Origin: Trypethelium eluteriae
Lineage: Eukaryota
DNA length: 37,614 nucleotides
Assembly (NCBI GenBank): GCA_051942245.1
Contig: JAVECL010000192.1
Span: 1-37,614 of the forward strand
Direction: 5' to 3'
Shown: one piece after another, positions 23,248-33,340 of the stretch
How the letters are laid out: every line of letters begins with the position of its first letter
Position numbering within the stretch: the first letter of the stretch is position 1
The notes under the pieces: generated by a model
What the model saw: the letters and a program-made list of their open reading frames with translations, nothing else
Told to the model about the DNA's origin: nothing
Database searches by the model: none
Made by a program: the position numbers and the translations under genes

Positions 23248-24600
23248 ATGCCATCCAAGACGTCGAGTCCCTCAACAATTAACTCACTTCCACCTGAACT
23301 GCTGAGCAAAATATTTGCCGAGCTCCGAACGTCAGCCTTTGACCTCCTGAATTGTATGCAATGCAAGAAGACATGGCATGCATTGGCACAAGCAACACTC
23401 TATCGCTACACTGTCCTCACTAGCACGAGTGTAGTCAAGTTCACAGAACAATGTCCGACTTCTATAAACACGGATGGTAGGATTACCAGCTTGACCTTAC
23501 GCTTGGACGATGTAGCGCACGGTGCAGACGAAGACGTAGATGCTGCTATCCGCAAAGGCAATCGAGCTGCCCAAGATGTATGGCGTGCGCTGGAAAAACT
23601 CGGACCACGGCTCGCCAAAATGACTAAATTGAAGACTGTGTCAGTCTATCGTCCCTCGAATTGGCGGACCGCTCCTGCGAATGGTTTTTGGATTCCTTAT
23701 TCTGCGCTTGACAGTCTTGTCCAGAACTTGCCTCTCACATGTATCAGCCTCGGATTGGACGTCAACACGAGCAAATCGGAACCAAACGTAGACTTATGTT
23801 CATCTATTCGCAGGACGCTCCCGCAACTGGAATATCTACGCCTCCGCCTCCCAACCCTATGTCCCAAAATCTGGGGCCGTCCCTTGTGCACCCACGATGC
23901 CTCATCTACTGTACTCAAAGACTTCCCAGCGGTCGCGGCTCCGCACCTCAAGCAGTGCATTATCAACACGACCCTCTTCCGTCCGAAAGGTTCGAAGACT
24001 ATATCGTGTCATATGCCCCCTGACACTGTGGCTTGGCAGCAGCCTTCTTGGGTTTCTTTGACGGAGTATATCAAGGCTCTTGTGAATGATGAAAAGGCAC
24101 CCGTTATTGAAAAGCTCTGGATCTACAGCTCTGTGCCTCAAGTCACCGGCGATCGTACATCATATCCCACTTACGTGAGACATGACGTTTTATCCAACCG
24201 AAGTTTTTCTATACCAGTCCACGATATGGGAACACTTGTTAAAGATGCCTCGTTCGTGCGTTTACCCGGAGAGGTGGACACAGATTTCGTCAGTCCGGTG
24301 GCAGAGATTAATGCTGTGGTTGAAGATTTTTCATGGCAGTAAGCACCCGACGGTGTGCGGCTTCCTACTCCTCTTATGGTAGAGTCTGGTCTGGAATCTC
24401 TGCCGCGAGCTTTCACTAAGGAGCAGTGGCGGAAGCGGGATAGGCTGTCTTGCATGTTGTGGAGCAATGAAGTTAATGTGGGAAGGAGACTGTTGGATGT
24501 AAAGCAGGGAGAGCTGATGGAGGAACCTACTGTACAAGAGATAACGCCGGCTGGATGGCATAGAGATGAGGTTGGTACGAGACTGATCAAGGATGATTGA
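23248..24600 (+). CDS. F-box protein (N-terminal F-box plus LRR-like body) with a premature TAA at 24340-24342; truncated allele or pseudogene
   Basis: INSLPPELLSKIF...LLNCMQCKKTWHALAQATLYR is an F-box; LPLTCISLGLD and LPQLEYLRLRL are LRR-like. The frame continues past the TAA (WQ*APDGVRLPTP...GWHR) to TGA 24600. An upstream in-frame ATG at 23107 is possible. Confidence 0.75.
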
Positions 24601-24986
24601 TGTGAATACTATATCAAGGGACGACCATTTGATCGGTCTTCAATACACAAAGAAGAGCATCGGTTAAAGCCAAACGGGTCAGGCTACTACTAGCTTCAAG
24701 CAACGACCATCGTACTCATCTACCTTCGACTAGATGACGCTTAGAGAAGACCGTCCGATTTGGCTCTTCCAGCCACAAGAGCGACAGACCTTCTGAGGAA
24801 AAGCGGATAACGTGGACCATAGTAGGGAAGTTCTTGTTCAAAATCAAGGTCACGAGGATCCGGTAGCACTCAAATACCCTGTAACATTACAAGTCCCGTA
24901 CCGTGGCTGACTGGAAGAGCACTCAGTATACCCCTTTTTTAGAGATCAAAGACAAGAGTGACCTACCAGCCAAGAATTTCTAAGCA

Positions 24987-25493
24987 GTGATACTCACTGG
25001 AACCGGAAAGACCGAGGGTGGGAAAAGCATTCCTCGGCCCAAACCTCCACCAACATCCCAACCGCCTGCCAACCCGACGTCTCCATCGCCCAATCCAGCA
25101 ACAGAGTCTTTGCACTGCTACCATAGCGGCGCTATGGCCGGTCGCGGTAGCATAATCGACGCTGTCAACGCCTTCTGCAACAGTTTTAGCGGTACTATCC
25201 TGGATGATAGTGAGCCTAACGATGAACATACGCTATCGTATAGCGACCACAACGCCGGTGTGTGCTTAGCCGGTAATGCCGGTTGTACGGAAGTTCTTGA
25301 GCTGAGCGTTACGGTTACGAATGGGTGTAGATTCACCATCGACGGATCCGAGCCGAATCAGGATTGTGGGCGAAGTTTCCGTAAGGCGATCGATCATTGT
25401 GATCGGGACAGTACAAAGTATAAGCAGGGTGGTACGATCACGAGTGATTGTGCAGTATGGAGAATTGATCCGAATAAGTATTGGGCTCTATAG
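24987..25493 (+). pseudogene. Orphan 3' fragment: Pro-rich linker plus 8-Cys C-terminal domain of a secreted protein
   Basis: PRPKPPPTSQPPANPTSPSPNP linker then CYHSG...AVNAFC...C...FRKAIDHCD...KQGGTITSDCAVWRIDP. No signal peptide, in-frame TAA at 24981 immediately upstream, upstream sequence full of stops. Confidence 0.6.
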
Positions 25494-25795
25494 ATGTTGT
25501 TATTTGTAGACCAGTTCTGATTGGATGCATTGTACTGGTCTAGGTTTGCTTGGTTACCGTACATGTGCATACTTCAATGAGGTAGTCCAACAATTTTCGA
25601 GTCATATCTATCTTCCCTCTTGCAAATCATGATACATTAGGATAGGAGAATAGTTGCGACCTAGTGGCCGCTTGCCAGAACAGATACTAGCATGCAAGCA
25701 TCCCTCATGTTATCTTTTCAAATGACACTGATGGTAATCAGAATCAAGGAAGATATTGAAGACAGAGCTGGAAAAATCCTTTCTCCGCCCTATTA

Positions 25796-26315
25796 CAGGG
25801 CGTCCAGTGATTCGTTCGATACGATTCGATACGATTCGGCTGAATCGTATCGAATCGTCCGATGGATTCCGATTCGCTTGCTTAACCACCCACAGGGTCC
25901 AGCAAATTACCTTTAAATTTGCTTAAAAAACTAAGAATTAGTTAGAAATGATCTAAGATTTAGCTTAAGCTGAAACTAATTTTATTAGGCTGAATTGTAA
26001 AGATAAAATTTATGTAAAGGTCTGCTTAAAGGTTTACACAGAGATTTACACAGAGGTTTACACAGAGGTTTACATAAAGGTCTGTATATAAATCCACACA
26101 GAGGTTTACACAGAGGTTTATATAAAATAAAGGTCTGTATGTAAGTCTGCCAATTTTACTGTAAAATTTTTATACAAATTTAAGTGGAGTAGGTTTGTGG
26201 GGATTAGGCCAATTTATTAGCAAGATAATTGATCCAGTCGATCAATTATCGATTCGGAGAATCTAGATTATCTAATCCGATTATATCGATAAGATAAGCA
26301 TCACTGGACGCCCTG
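25796..26315. mobile_element. Non-autonomous hAT-like DNA transposon (MITE), 520 bp
   Basis: Perfect 16-bp TIRs CAGGGCGTCCAGTGAT and ATCACTGGACGCCCTG. An 8-bp direct repeat CGCCCTAT lies at 25786-25793 (followed by an extra TA) and at 26316-26323. Subterminal GATTCG/CGAT repeats, AT-rich interior, no transposase. Confidence 0.85.
26031..26120 (+). repeat. Internal 12-bp tandem repeat (GGTTTACACAGA) of the MITE
   Basis: ggtttacacaga gatttacacaga ggtttacacaga ggtttacataaa ... ggtttacacaga ggttta. Confidence 0.8.
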
Positions 26316-26588
26316 CGCCCTATGAGATGTTGAAATGGATCATTAGATGATGGAGAAAATCAGGGAAATATAGAGGATTTTCACAAAAGCGATCTCTTTC
26401 TGGACGATAAAAAAATGTTAAAATAGCTCCCTTTGAAAGCAATAAAAGAGGCACGTTATGCAAAATACATGGTCATGCGTGGCTCTCGTTCCAAAAGAGA
26501 GCTTTCTAAAGATAAATGGTAGATCATCAGCGCAGACTATAGAAACTGACCCCCCAACCTACACAAGTTCAAACTCCGCCTAATATCA

Positions 26589-28338
26589 TCAATTGGTGTA
26601 TCGACGAGACATGTTCAGTAGCTGCCAAAATTCTGCGTTGCCCTCACGAAACCCTAAAACAACCTTTTCTGAGGAGTCAGTATCTGGTTTTGCGTTCGTC
26701 AACTTAGAGCTCTGCTCCATTAGGATGTCTTGTACTCGTTTGAGGTCTTGTTGGCCCCAAGCTTTCGGGTCTTTTTTCTTTGATGCATTTCGCCACTCTT
26801 CGAGTCTTTCCCGCTCTTTTTTCATTATTCTTGAGTATGCCTCAATAGTCGTCTCTCCATTGACCGCTCTTTCCTTTTCATCAAGCTTCATGCGCTCTTC
26901 TGCTCGAACTGCCTCGTTAAGCGTCTTATCCAGCAGATAGTCTGCTCTATAAGTACTGCTAACATCTGGTCTCTTAATCAAGTTGCCTCTCCCATAGTCA
27001 GTAGATTCCTCTGTAGGCGCGATCCTCGCAGCCGCCCTGGGTGTTCTTTCTTGAAGGCTGGATTTTTGGGATGCTACCTGAGTCACATTTGCCTTACGCT
27101 CGTGTTCAACCTCGAACAATCTCTGGCGACGAAGGGCTCGAATGGCAGGCAAAAGGTCAAATAAACATTCGACAGCCTTCGAGACTTCAATTGCAATCCT
27201 ATCACCGTACGGTGATTTGGGGTTATCGAGGTTAGGGATTGGTATTTCGGGGCCATCGAAGTCAGAAGTCGGCCTTTCTAGAGCAATCTGCCAGACTTTA
27301 TCATCTGCTCCAAGCGTCGCAGTGACCTCATTATTCACGCGTCGCAAAGATTCCTGGCGATCTCCTTCGACTTGATCAGATAACCAGCTCAGATATTGCA
27401 CTACATAGTTCAGTATATGCCGTACAAATGAGACTGGATACCAACTTTCGAGTAAAGCAATGTCCAATGATCACGGCTCTTATCTCTTCGTTCACCAGTT
27501 CACCATCAATAACGTTGTCAAGTAATTCGTCCAACGGCGCAGGCTGCATAAATAGACCAGAAGCCCATATTTTATGTCTCATCGATGTCTTTTCCCACGT
27601 TGATTTTTGTCCAGATTCTTCCGCAATGAGCTTGATTCCCGCCATGCATTTCTTGTAGAGTGTGAAGACTGTGTTTTTAGGACCGTCAAAGGGCACAAAT
27701 GGTGTCCTGGCCAATCCAATACTTGTACGCACGCGAGTATCATCTCCAAAATGTGGAATGCGATCTTGTTGGTCTTCTCGTTCCGGTCGATCCCTTAGTC
27801 CAAGAATTTCTTCTAGAGATGGATCCCCAACCGATTCGTCAGCGGACCTGAGAATGGTATTCCCTGCCCCAACAACTTCATGATATCTAGGTGCTGGCGG
27901 GGCGACTTCGTAAAGTGTTGAATTTAAAGCCTTGAGTGCCTTGATCAAGAGACGCAAATCCTCAACCGTATCGAGGAATTTAAGTCTTTTCGCAAAATCC
28001 CTTGGGTTTCTGGGAGGGGACTTCACATTGGGAAGAAACTTGGAGTACATATTATCTATTCTTTGTGTGATTTCCTTGATGTCTGACATTGCGGAGTTCA
28101 CAATCTCTGCTTTTTCGGGAGTTATGCGGCGTTTCATATCATCGGTCAATTCGTCTGTCTCGGCAATTCCCCAGTCACTGAGCCAATTCTTGGTTTTCCA
28201 CTTCTGCGCCACGAGAGGTTGCTCGATATGTATCGCCTTTGGATCATTGACGATTGTGATCCGATGGATAAGCTTGATCGTGTTGTCGACGGCAAGAAGA
28301 CCGCTCGCGAGGACTGCGACTGTACTTAACGGATCCAT
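26589..28338 (-). CDS. HeLo-like domain protein (N-terminal helical bundle, second helical domain, charged coiled-coil tail) with a frameshift near 27468; possibly a pseudogene
   Basis: MDPLSTVAVLASGLL...QKWKTKNWLSDWGI...FAKRLKFLDTVEDLRLLIKALKALNSTLYEVAPP fits the HeLo pattern. RHKIWASGLF...LDELLD continues in another frame as DIALLE...IAIEVSKAVECLFDLLPAIR. A 45-nt in-frame intron candidate at 27445-27401 does not repair the shift. Confidence 0.6.
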
Positions 28339-28889
28339 TGGAAGAGTCTGTGCTCGATCTGTTAGATACTTTTGGTGAAATCGCGCTGCGCATAAATGAT
28401 ACGGATTAAGATAGCGAGTGTTTCGGAACCAAATGCTCCTGAAGACGCATAGAAATAGGCCGTATAGAAATAGGCCGTATGCTGCCTGCAAAGGCACATG
28501 GGTGGGGCTTGGAGCTCGATCTTGGCAGGTGCCTAGAAGTCAGCCAGCCCAGGAGTTTGCCGCACGAGGCTTACCTCTACGATACCGTACGGCACACAGG
28601 AAGTGGCTGTGGTGGCCACCATCTATCCCCTGCGCTGTCGGGCTGCTGCGCACGAACCATAGAACACCAAATTGGGGAACTCGTAAATAAGAACAGGCTA
28701 CACCACGGTTTAACACACGAATAACTTGATCCGTTCTTGCCCAATCCTATTCATTTGTATACTGTTTGAATCTACCTGATGAGCTCTTTATAATCCACTA
28801 CTTTTCGTCCAAAACAGACACCTCCTCCTCTCTAGACAGCACCCAAATTTGAGCCCTATGGCTTAACACCTTTCCCGGAGAACCATACA

Positions 28890-29115
28890 TGTTTTAGGCT
28901 ACTTACAGAGGCTGATACCTCCTCACCTCTTGATGTATAGCTGCGGATAGGCAGGGAGGTAGGTAGGTAGGTAGGCAGGGGGGTAATAAAGCCGAATAGA
29001 CACAGAGACCTATAAATAGGGTGCGATCTCAGGTGTCAACAACATAGATACCTCAGCTAGCTAGCCCACCACCTCAGAAATAGCTTCAGATAACCCCCGA
29101 GTAGGTCAATTTACA
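28890..29115. mobile_element. Candidate solo LTR or insertion (226 bp) between the two HeLo-like genes
   Basis: TG...CA bounded block with (AGGT)n at about 28957-28974 and TATAAATA at about 29010. TACATG spans both junctions (28886-28891 and 29112-29117). No clean 5-bp TSD. Confidence 0.3.
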
Positions 29116-30637
29116 TGCGCGAAGTGTTCTGCTTCAAGATAGCTAAATTCACATACAAAAAACGTCCGTGCGCTGCAGCCCGTCGCGACAGCGCAGGGGA
29201 TACCTCCACAGCTCTGTACATCCCATCGCAGAATATGTTGGCTTTTAGAGGAACAAAAAAAATAAAGAAAGCGTGGGGCTGGGAACAAAGTAAAACGTTG
29301 AGGAAAGAGCCCCCTGCTTGTGGAATCCATTGCTCCTTTAGCTGCTTCATGCGAGCTCGGAGCTCTCTGGCAGGGTTCGCCGCTGCGGCCACTTCCATTT
29401 GATGCCTTAGGCCCGCCTGGGCGTAAACTGCGAAGAGGTCATCGAGCGATCGCCGATCGAGGCGTTGGTCTGCGGACCTGCTGAACTGCCATGGAAAGCA
29501 CGACTCCAGCGAAAGCGCAGCCGAAAGGCATCGTGTGCATAGTCCATTCTTCATATCCGCTCTTATCTATCCAGCCATGGTGTCTTCGGTTAAGGTATTG
29601 GGCACTGTGTTGGGGACGATTGGGCGCCTCCAGCGCCCGCGCTGCACAAACCGTGGTCTCGCCGTGGCCACTCATCGATGAATCACAGAACCCCTGCCTG
29701 CCTTCACAACTAGGACTTTCGTACCGGGCCAGACTTTTAATAGTCTAGATCTAGCTGATCGCTTAATAGTTAAATTCTAGGTTCCGCCGCCGCCCATCAA
29801 TTGAATTGGGAGTGGGTTGTACTCTGTCCCGCCAACTTGTGGGCCAACGTGCTGGGTTATCGTAAACAAAGTACCGTAGCACTATGGTATCTAGGTTGAG
29901 GTTCCTGGATATCTTACTACGAGAGAGAAATTTCTTCTCGGTCTGCGAATGCTAGCTCTGTCGACTGCTATATGCAGAAATGATCGAAGAATCTGCTATA
30001 TATGGGTCTACCAGTTCGATACTCTATAGTCAGATCCCTCGGTCTTTTCTACAGTGCACCCTAGAATAGCCTTTGGCGACGTCCTCGCGGTATGCAAGCC
30101 CAGGTCGCGCCAACCTTGCGTCTGGAACGGATATCAATACTTCGCCACTTGATTCTGTAATGGGAGAAAGGCCAGTTAGTAGTATGACCTGTGTGCATTG
30201 GTGCCTAGAACCAACTAGACTGGTGTTCACAATATTGAATTGACTGAATCGAGCCTTGAATTCAGCCGCTCAGCCCAGTACTTACATTGATGCACAGTAC
30301 AGCCGCCTCAGTTGTCTTATTTTTAATACTACTAGAGAGAGAAGGGACTTTCCAACCAATGATATGCGTTTGGAAAGACGGTGCCTCAAGCCTGTGTTGA
30401 GAGTTCTGTGATAACACATACATCCTGGGCACCTTGAGCCGTATGCAAGCATATAAAGTTCGGACTGGAGCTCCAGAGGCTCTCCTTGGGAATGATGACG
30501 GATCAGTCCATAAAGTCAGAATATACTCTATACCTTTCACGGTGGGTTCTTTAGAGAAGACTGTTTCAACAGCTGTACAGCTCTCCCATCGCAATCGCCC
30601 TCAATTGAAAACAGACGGCTGAGGAAAAAAGTACAGC

Positions 30638-32900
30638 ATGGTTGTTCCAGAGCCTCTAATCCTGACGACCTCATCAATCGCGCTTGCGGAATTTCTGGTG
30701 TCAGTGGTTGACGGATGCAGAAGACTATACAAAGGTTGGAAACTCACGCAGTCCTTTGGTGAGGATTATCAGAACGAGGCTCGTAAATTACAAATCCAGT
30801 GGGCTCGTATTGAGGTTCTTGGACAGAGGAATACTACCTACCTTCGGCACAAAGCAGAAATCTTACCAGACGACGCCCCGTACTTGCAAAGTGTGAGGAA
30901 CCAACTCGAGAATCTACAGAATTATTTCGAAGAATGCGATAGGATCGTAAAACGCTACAAACCAAAAGGTACGAATGGTCTATCCTTGCATTTTAAATAG
31001 ATATGAGGTCTAAATATGAGCAGAAGATGATCCATCCATTTTAGAGGAAATACCGAAGAGCGTACGGGCAGGCAGTGCTGGAAACCCGACGGAATTGCAA
31101 ATTCCAGTTGAGAGCAGAGATCAAGACGGTGATACCAATCCAGAGAAAGACCATCTCGTAAGCAGTGATGATGGAAATGCACAACCACCAAGAATCACGA
31201 TTGTGCGCGCCGAACCTGGAGGGACTGAGGGTATTGCCAGCAAAGAGATCGGCGAAGAGGCTCCACACGACCTGCAAGAACATGGCCACACCATAGTTAA
31301 GGCAGAAGAAAAGTCAAAAGGAAAAATGAGGCAGTCTCTGAGCAAGCTCCGAGTTTGGAAAAGGCAAAAAGATGAGCAAGGACATGGACATACGTCTGCG
31401 ACATCTTCATCATCCAAATCCTCGGGCTCAACCGAAATACTGTCCGGGAGCAGTGAAACAACACGTTCTCACAGGTCAAAGTCTGCAAGTTCCCCGGTTT
31501 CCGGTTCCGTAATGCTATCATCGGACCATTTCGCCTCTATACAGCCCTCATTCGGCAAGAAAAAGGAGCCCATGGACAGGATCACTCAAGAGTCGAACAC
31601 CAGCTCACCCGATACTGCACCGAGGTCGGTCGTGCCATTCTCTAGGGAAGCCCCAGACAACGAACATAGATCTGCTCGGAAAGAAGCTGAAAAAACGCAG
31701 AAGAATATAGGGTTTTGGCATCGCTCCTTGTACTGGGTCGCAGAGGATAGGTCCAAATTTAAGGATCTTCTTGAAGAAATCCGGAAGGGCGTCAATATAC
31801 TAGAAAGCTTACTTCTTTATAAAGTCCCGGATGATGCGGAGCATATCTTGGAAATTGAAAATGAGTCAGCCGTGCTCAAGGAACATGCCACTGTTAGCGG
31901 AGCAATAGTACGATTGCACAAGTCACTTGTCTCACGCAATATTAAGAAGGAACCTTTGATTACTGCTGTCAAATTAGCAGTTTATAGCAAAAGAGATCGT
32001 CGACTTGTCGACAACCAAGAAAGTCATCTCGCATTTAGAGAGGACTCATATCTTTTTATCTTGCAGACCCGGAAGCTGGAGGGTTCTGATTCGATCCGCA
32101 TTGGCGCAGAAACCACTATCAGTGCATCCACCGAAGCGAACCTGGCTGGGGACTTTCAAATGGATGAGCTTAGATCACTGGATGAGATTTTACAGGTGCC
32201 CATAAACGATGAATTAGAAGGCGACTGGACAAAACTGGCCGCGGTATGGCAGAATGGCACGCCGAGCGACGTCCAACGACTCTTTTACGAGCACGGTACT
32301 CGCTTTAATACTAAACGCACACTAGAAAATCTCCTCGATACCTCCGACTTCAAGGACGTCTCTGCGACCCCTCGTACTCAACTAGCTGTGCTTCTGGCAA
32401 TCGCGCATCTTTATTTCACAGAGGTCCTTGATGGGCTCCCAGATCCAATTGTAAGGCCCTCACATTTCGAATTCTACCTCCGGGCAGAAGCCGACGGGCA
32501 ATGGAATAACCTTGATTCTTTTCTATGTACACCGTACTTATCTATTGGATTCGGGTTACGGCCACCCAAAGTCGACATTGGCGCTGAGAGCGGTGTAGTT
32601 GACTCTGTGCATAATCCTTTAGTTGAGCTCGGCCTGCTGCTGTATCAAGTCGCCAGTGGAGATAGAATCGACTATGGTCACGGCATAGGAGGGTTACGGT
32701 CAGCTAGAGATAAAGCGCTCCATCGATTACACGCGGTAGATAGGGAACTTGGAGTACCCTTCGCTGAGCTTGTAGAGTCTTGTCTATCGATCAAAGAACG
32801 AGAAGCACGCGGATCAAAGAGTAAGGACGAAGTATCTCTTCTAAAAGGAGCCTATGGAAGACTAGAACAGATCTGGAACGAGCTGAAGGAGACAGATTGA
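30638..32900 (+). CDS. HeLo-domain protein with a long low-complexity insertion and a C-terminal degenerate kinase-like domain, about 735 aa, 2 exons
   Basis: Exons 30638-30968 and 31024-32900; intron 30969-31023 (GTACGA..CTAAA..CAG) keeps the frame. HeLo N-part VDGCRRLYKGWKLTQSFGEDY...LQIQWARIE; HeLo C-part SLYWVAEDRSKFKDLLEEIRKGVNILESLL; kinase C-lobe-like PRTQLAVLLAIAHLYF, PYLSIGFG, LVELGLLLYQV, ELGVPFAELVESCL. Confidence 0.8.
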
Positions 32901-32962
32901 GGATCATGGAGAAAGGGAAGTGCCTGAATTTTGGGGACGACCTGCTATCTGCCACTCTCACA

Positions 32963-33340
32963 TCAATTTTCCCGTTCACTTCCGAGACAAATATTCGTCC
33001 AATTCTGTTGCGCACCGCAGAGACCGTTAGAGGAGATGGGTAGCTGAGTGCCGATATTTGCCTGGACGCAGTATACCTCTCCCGGGATGAAGTTTGTGCA
33101 GTTGATCCCGATGCTGGGGTTAACTGCCTGGAACTCGGTGACTGTCAAGCTGAACTCTTGCAGTACTTGAGCGCAGCTGCTCCAGAAGTTGGTAGTGCAA
33201 TTCAGACGGCAGGTGTAGCTTTTGCCGGCGGCGCGCTTAATAAGATGTTTTTGATGTTCAAGATGGCCGACGCCTAGTATCTGCCACATTGATGCCGAGA
33301 CGGCGCTAGTGAGAAGATATTGGGCAAGCAGAAACTTCAT
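32963..33340 (-). CDS. Secreted LysM-domain protein truncated inside a chitin-binding (CBM18/hevein-like) domain, 125 aa
   Basis: Signal peptide MKFLLAQYLLTSAVSA, Kex2-like KR, fungal LysM SCAQVLQEFSLTVTEFQAVNPSIGINCTNFIPGEVYCV, then ISSNGLCGAQ...CLGS, which ends before the expected CCSxxGxCG. Confidence 0.75.
   Translation of the reverse strand: MKFLLAQYLLTSAVSASMWQILGVGHLEHQKHLIKRAAGKSYTCRLNCTTNFWSSCAQVLQEFSLTVTEFQAVNPSIGINCTNFIPGEVYCVQANIGTQLPISSNGLCGAQQNWTNICLGSEREN

Noticed and set aside
25811..26120. Short repeats superficially like a CRISPR array
   Set aside because: Eukaryotic context, no unique spacers; these are internal repeats of the MITE.
29106..29748. Overlapping ORFs between the two HeLo-like genes
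   Set aside because: No recognisable domain or amyloid-like (G/N/Q pseudo-repeat) motif; may be a gene relic but cannot be supported.
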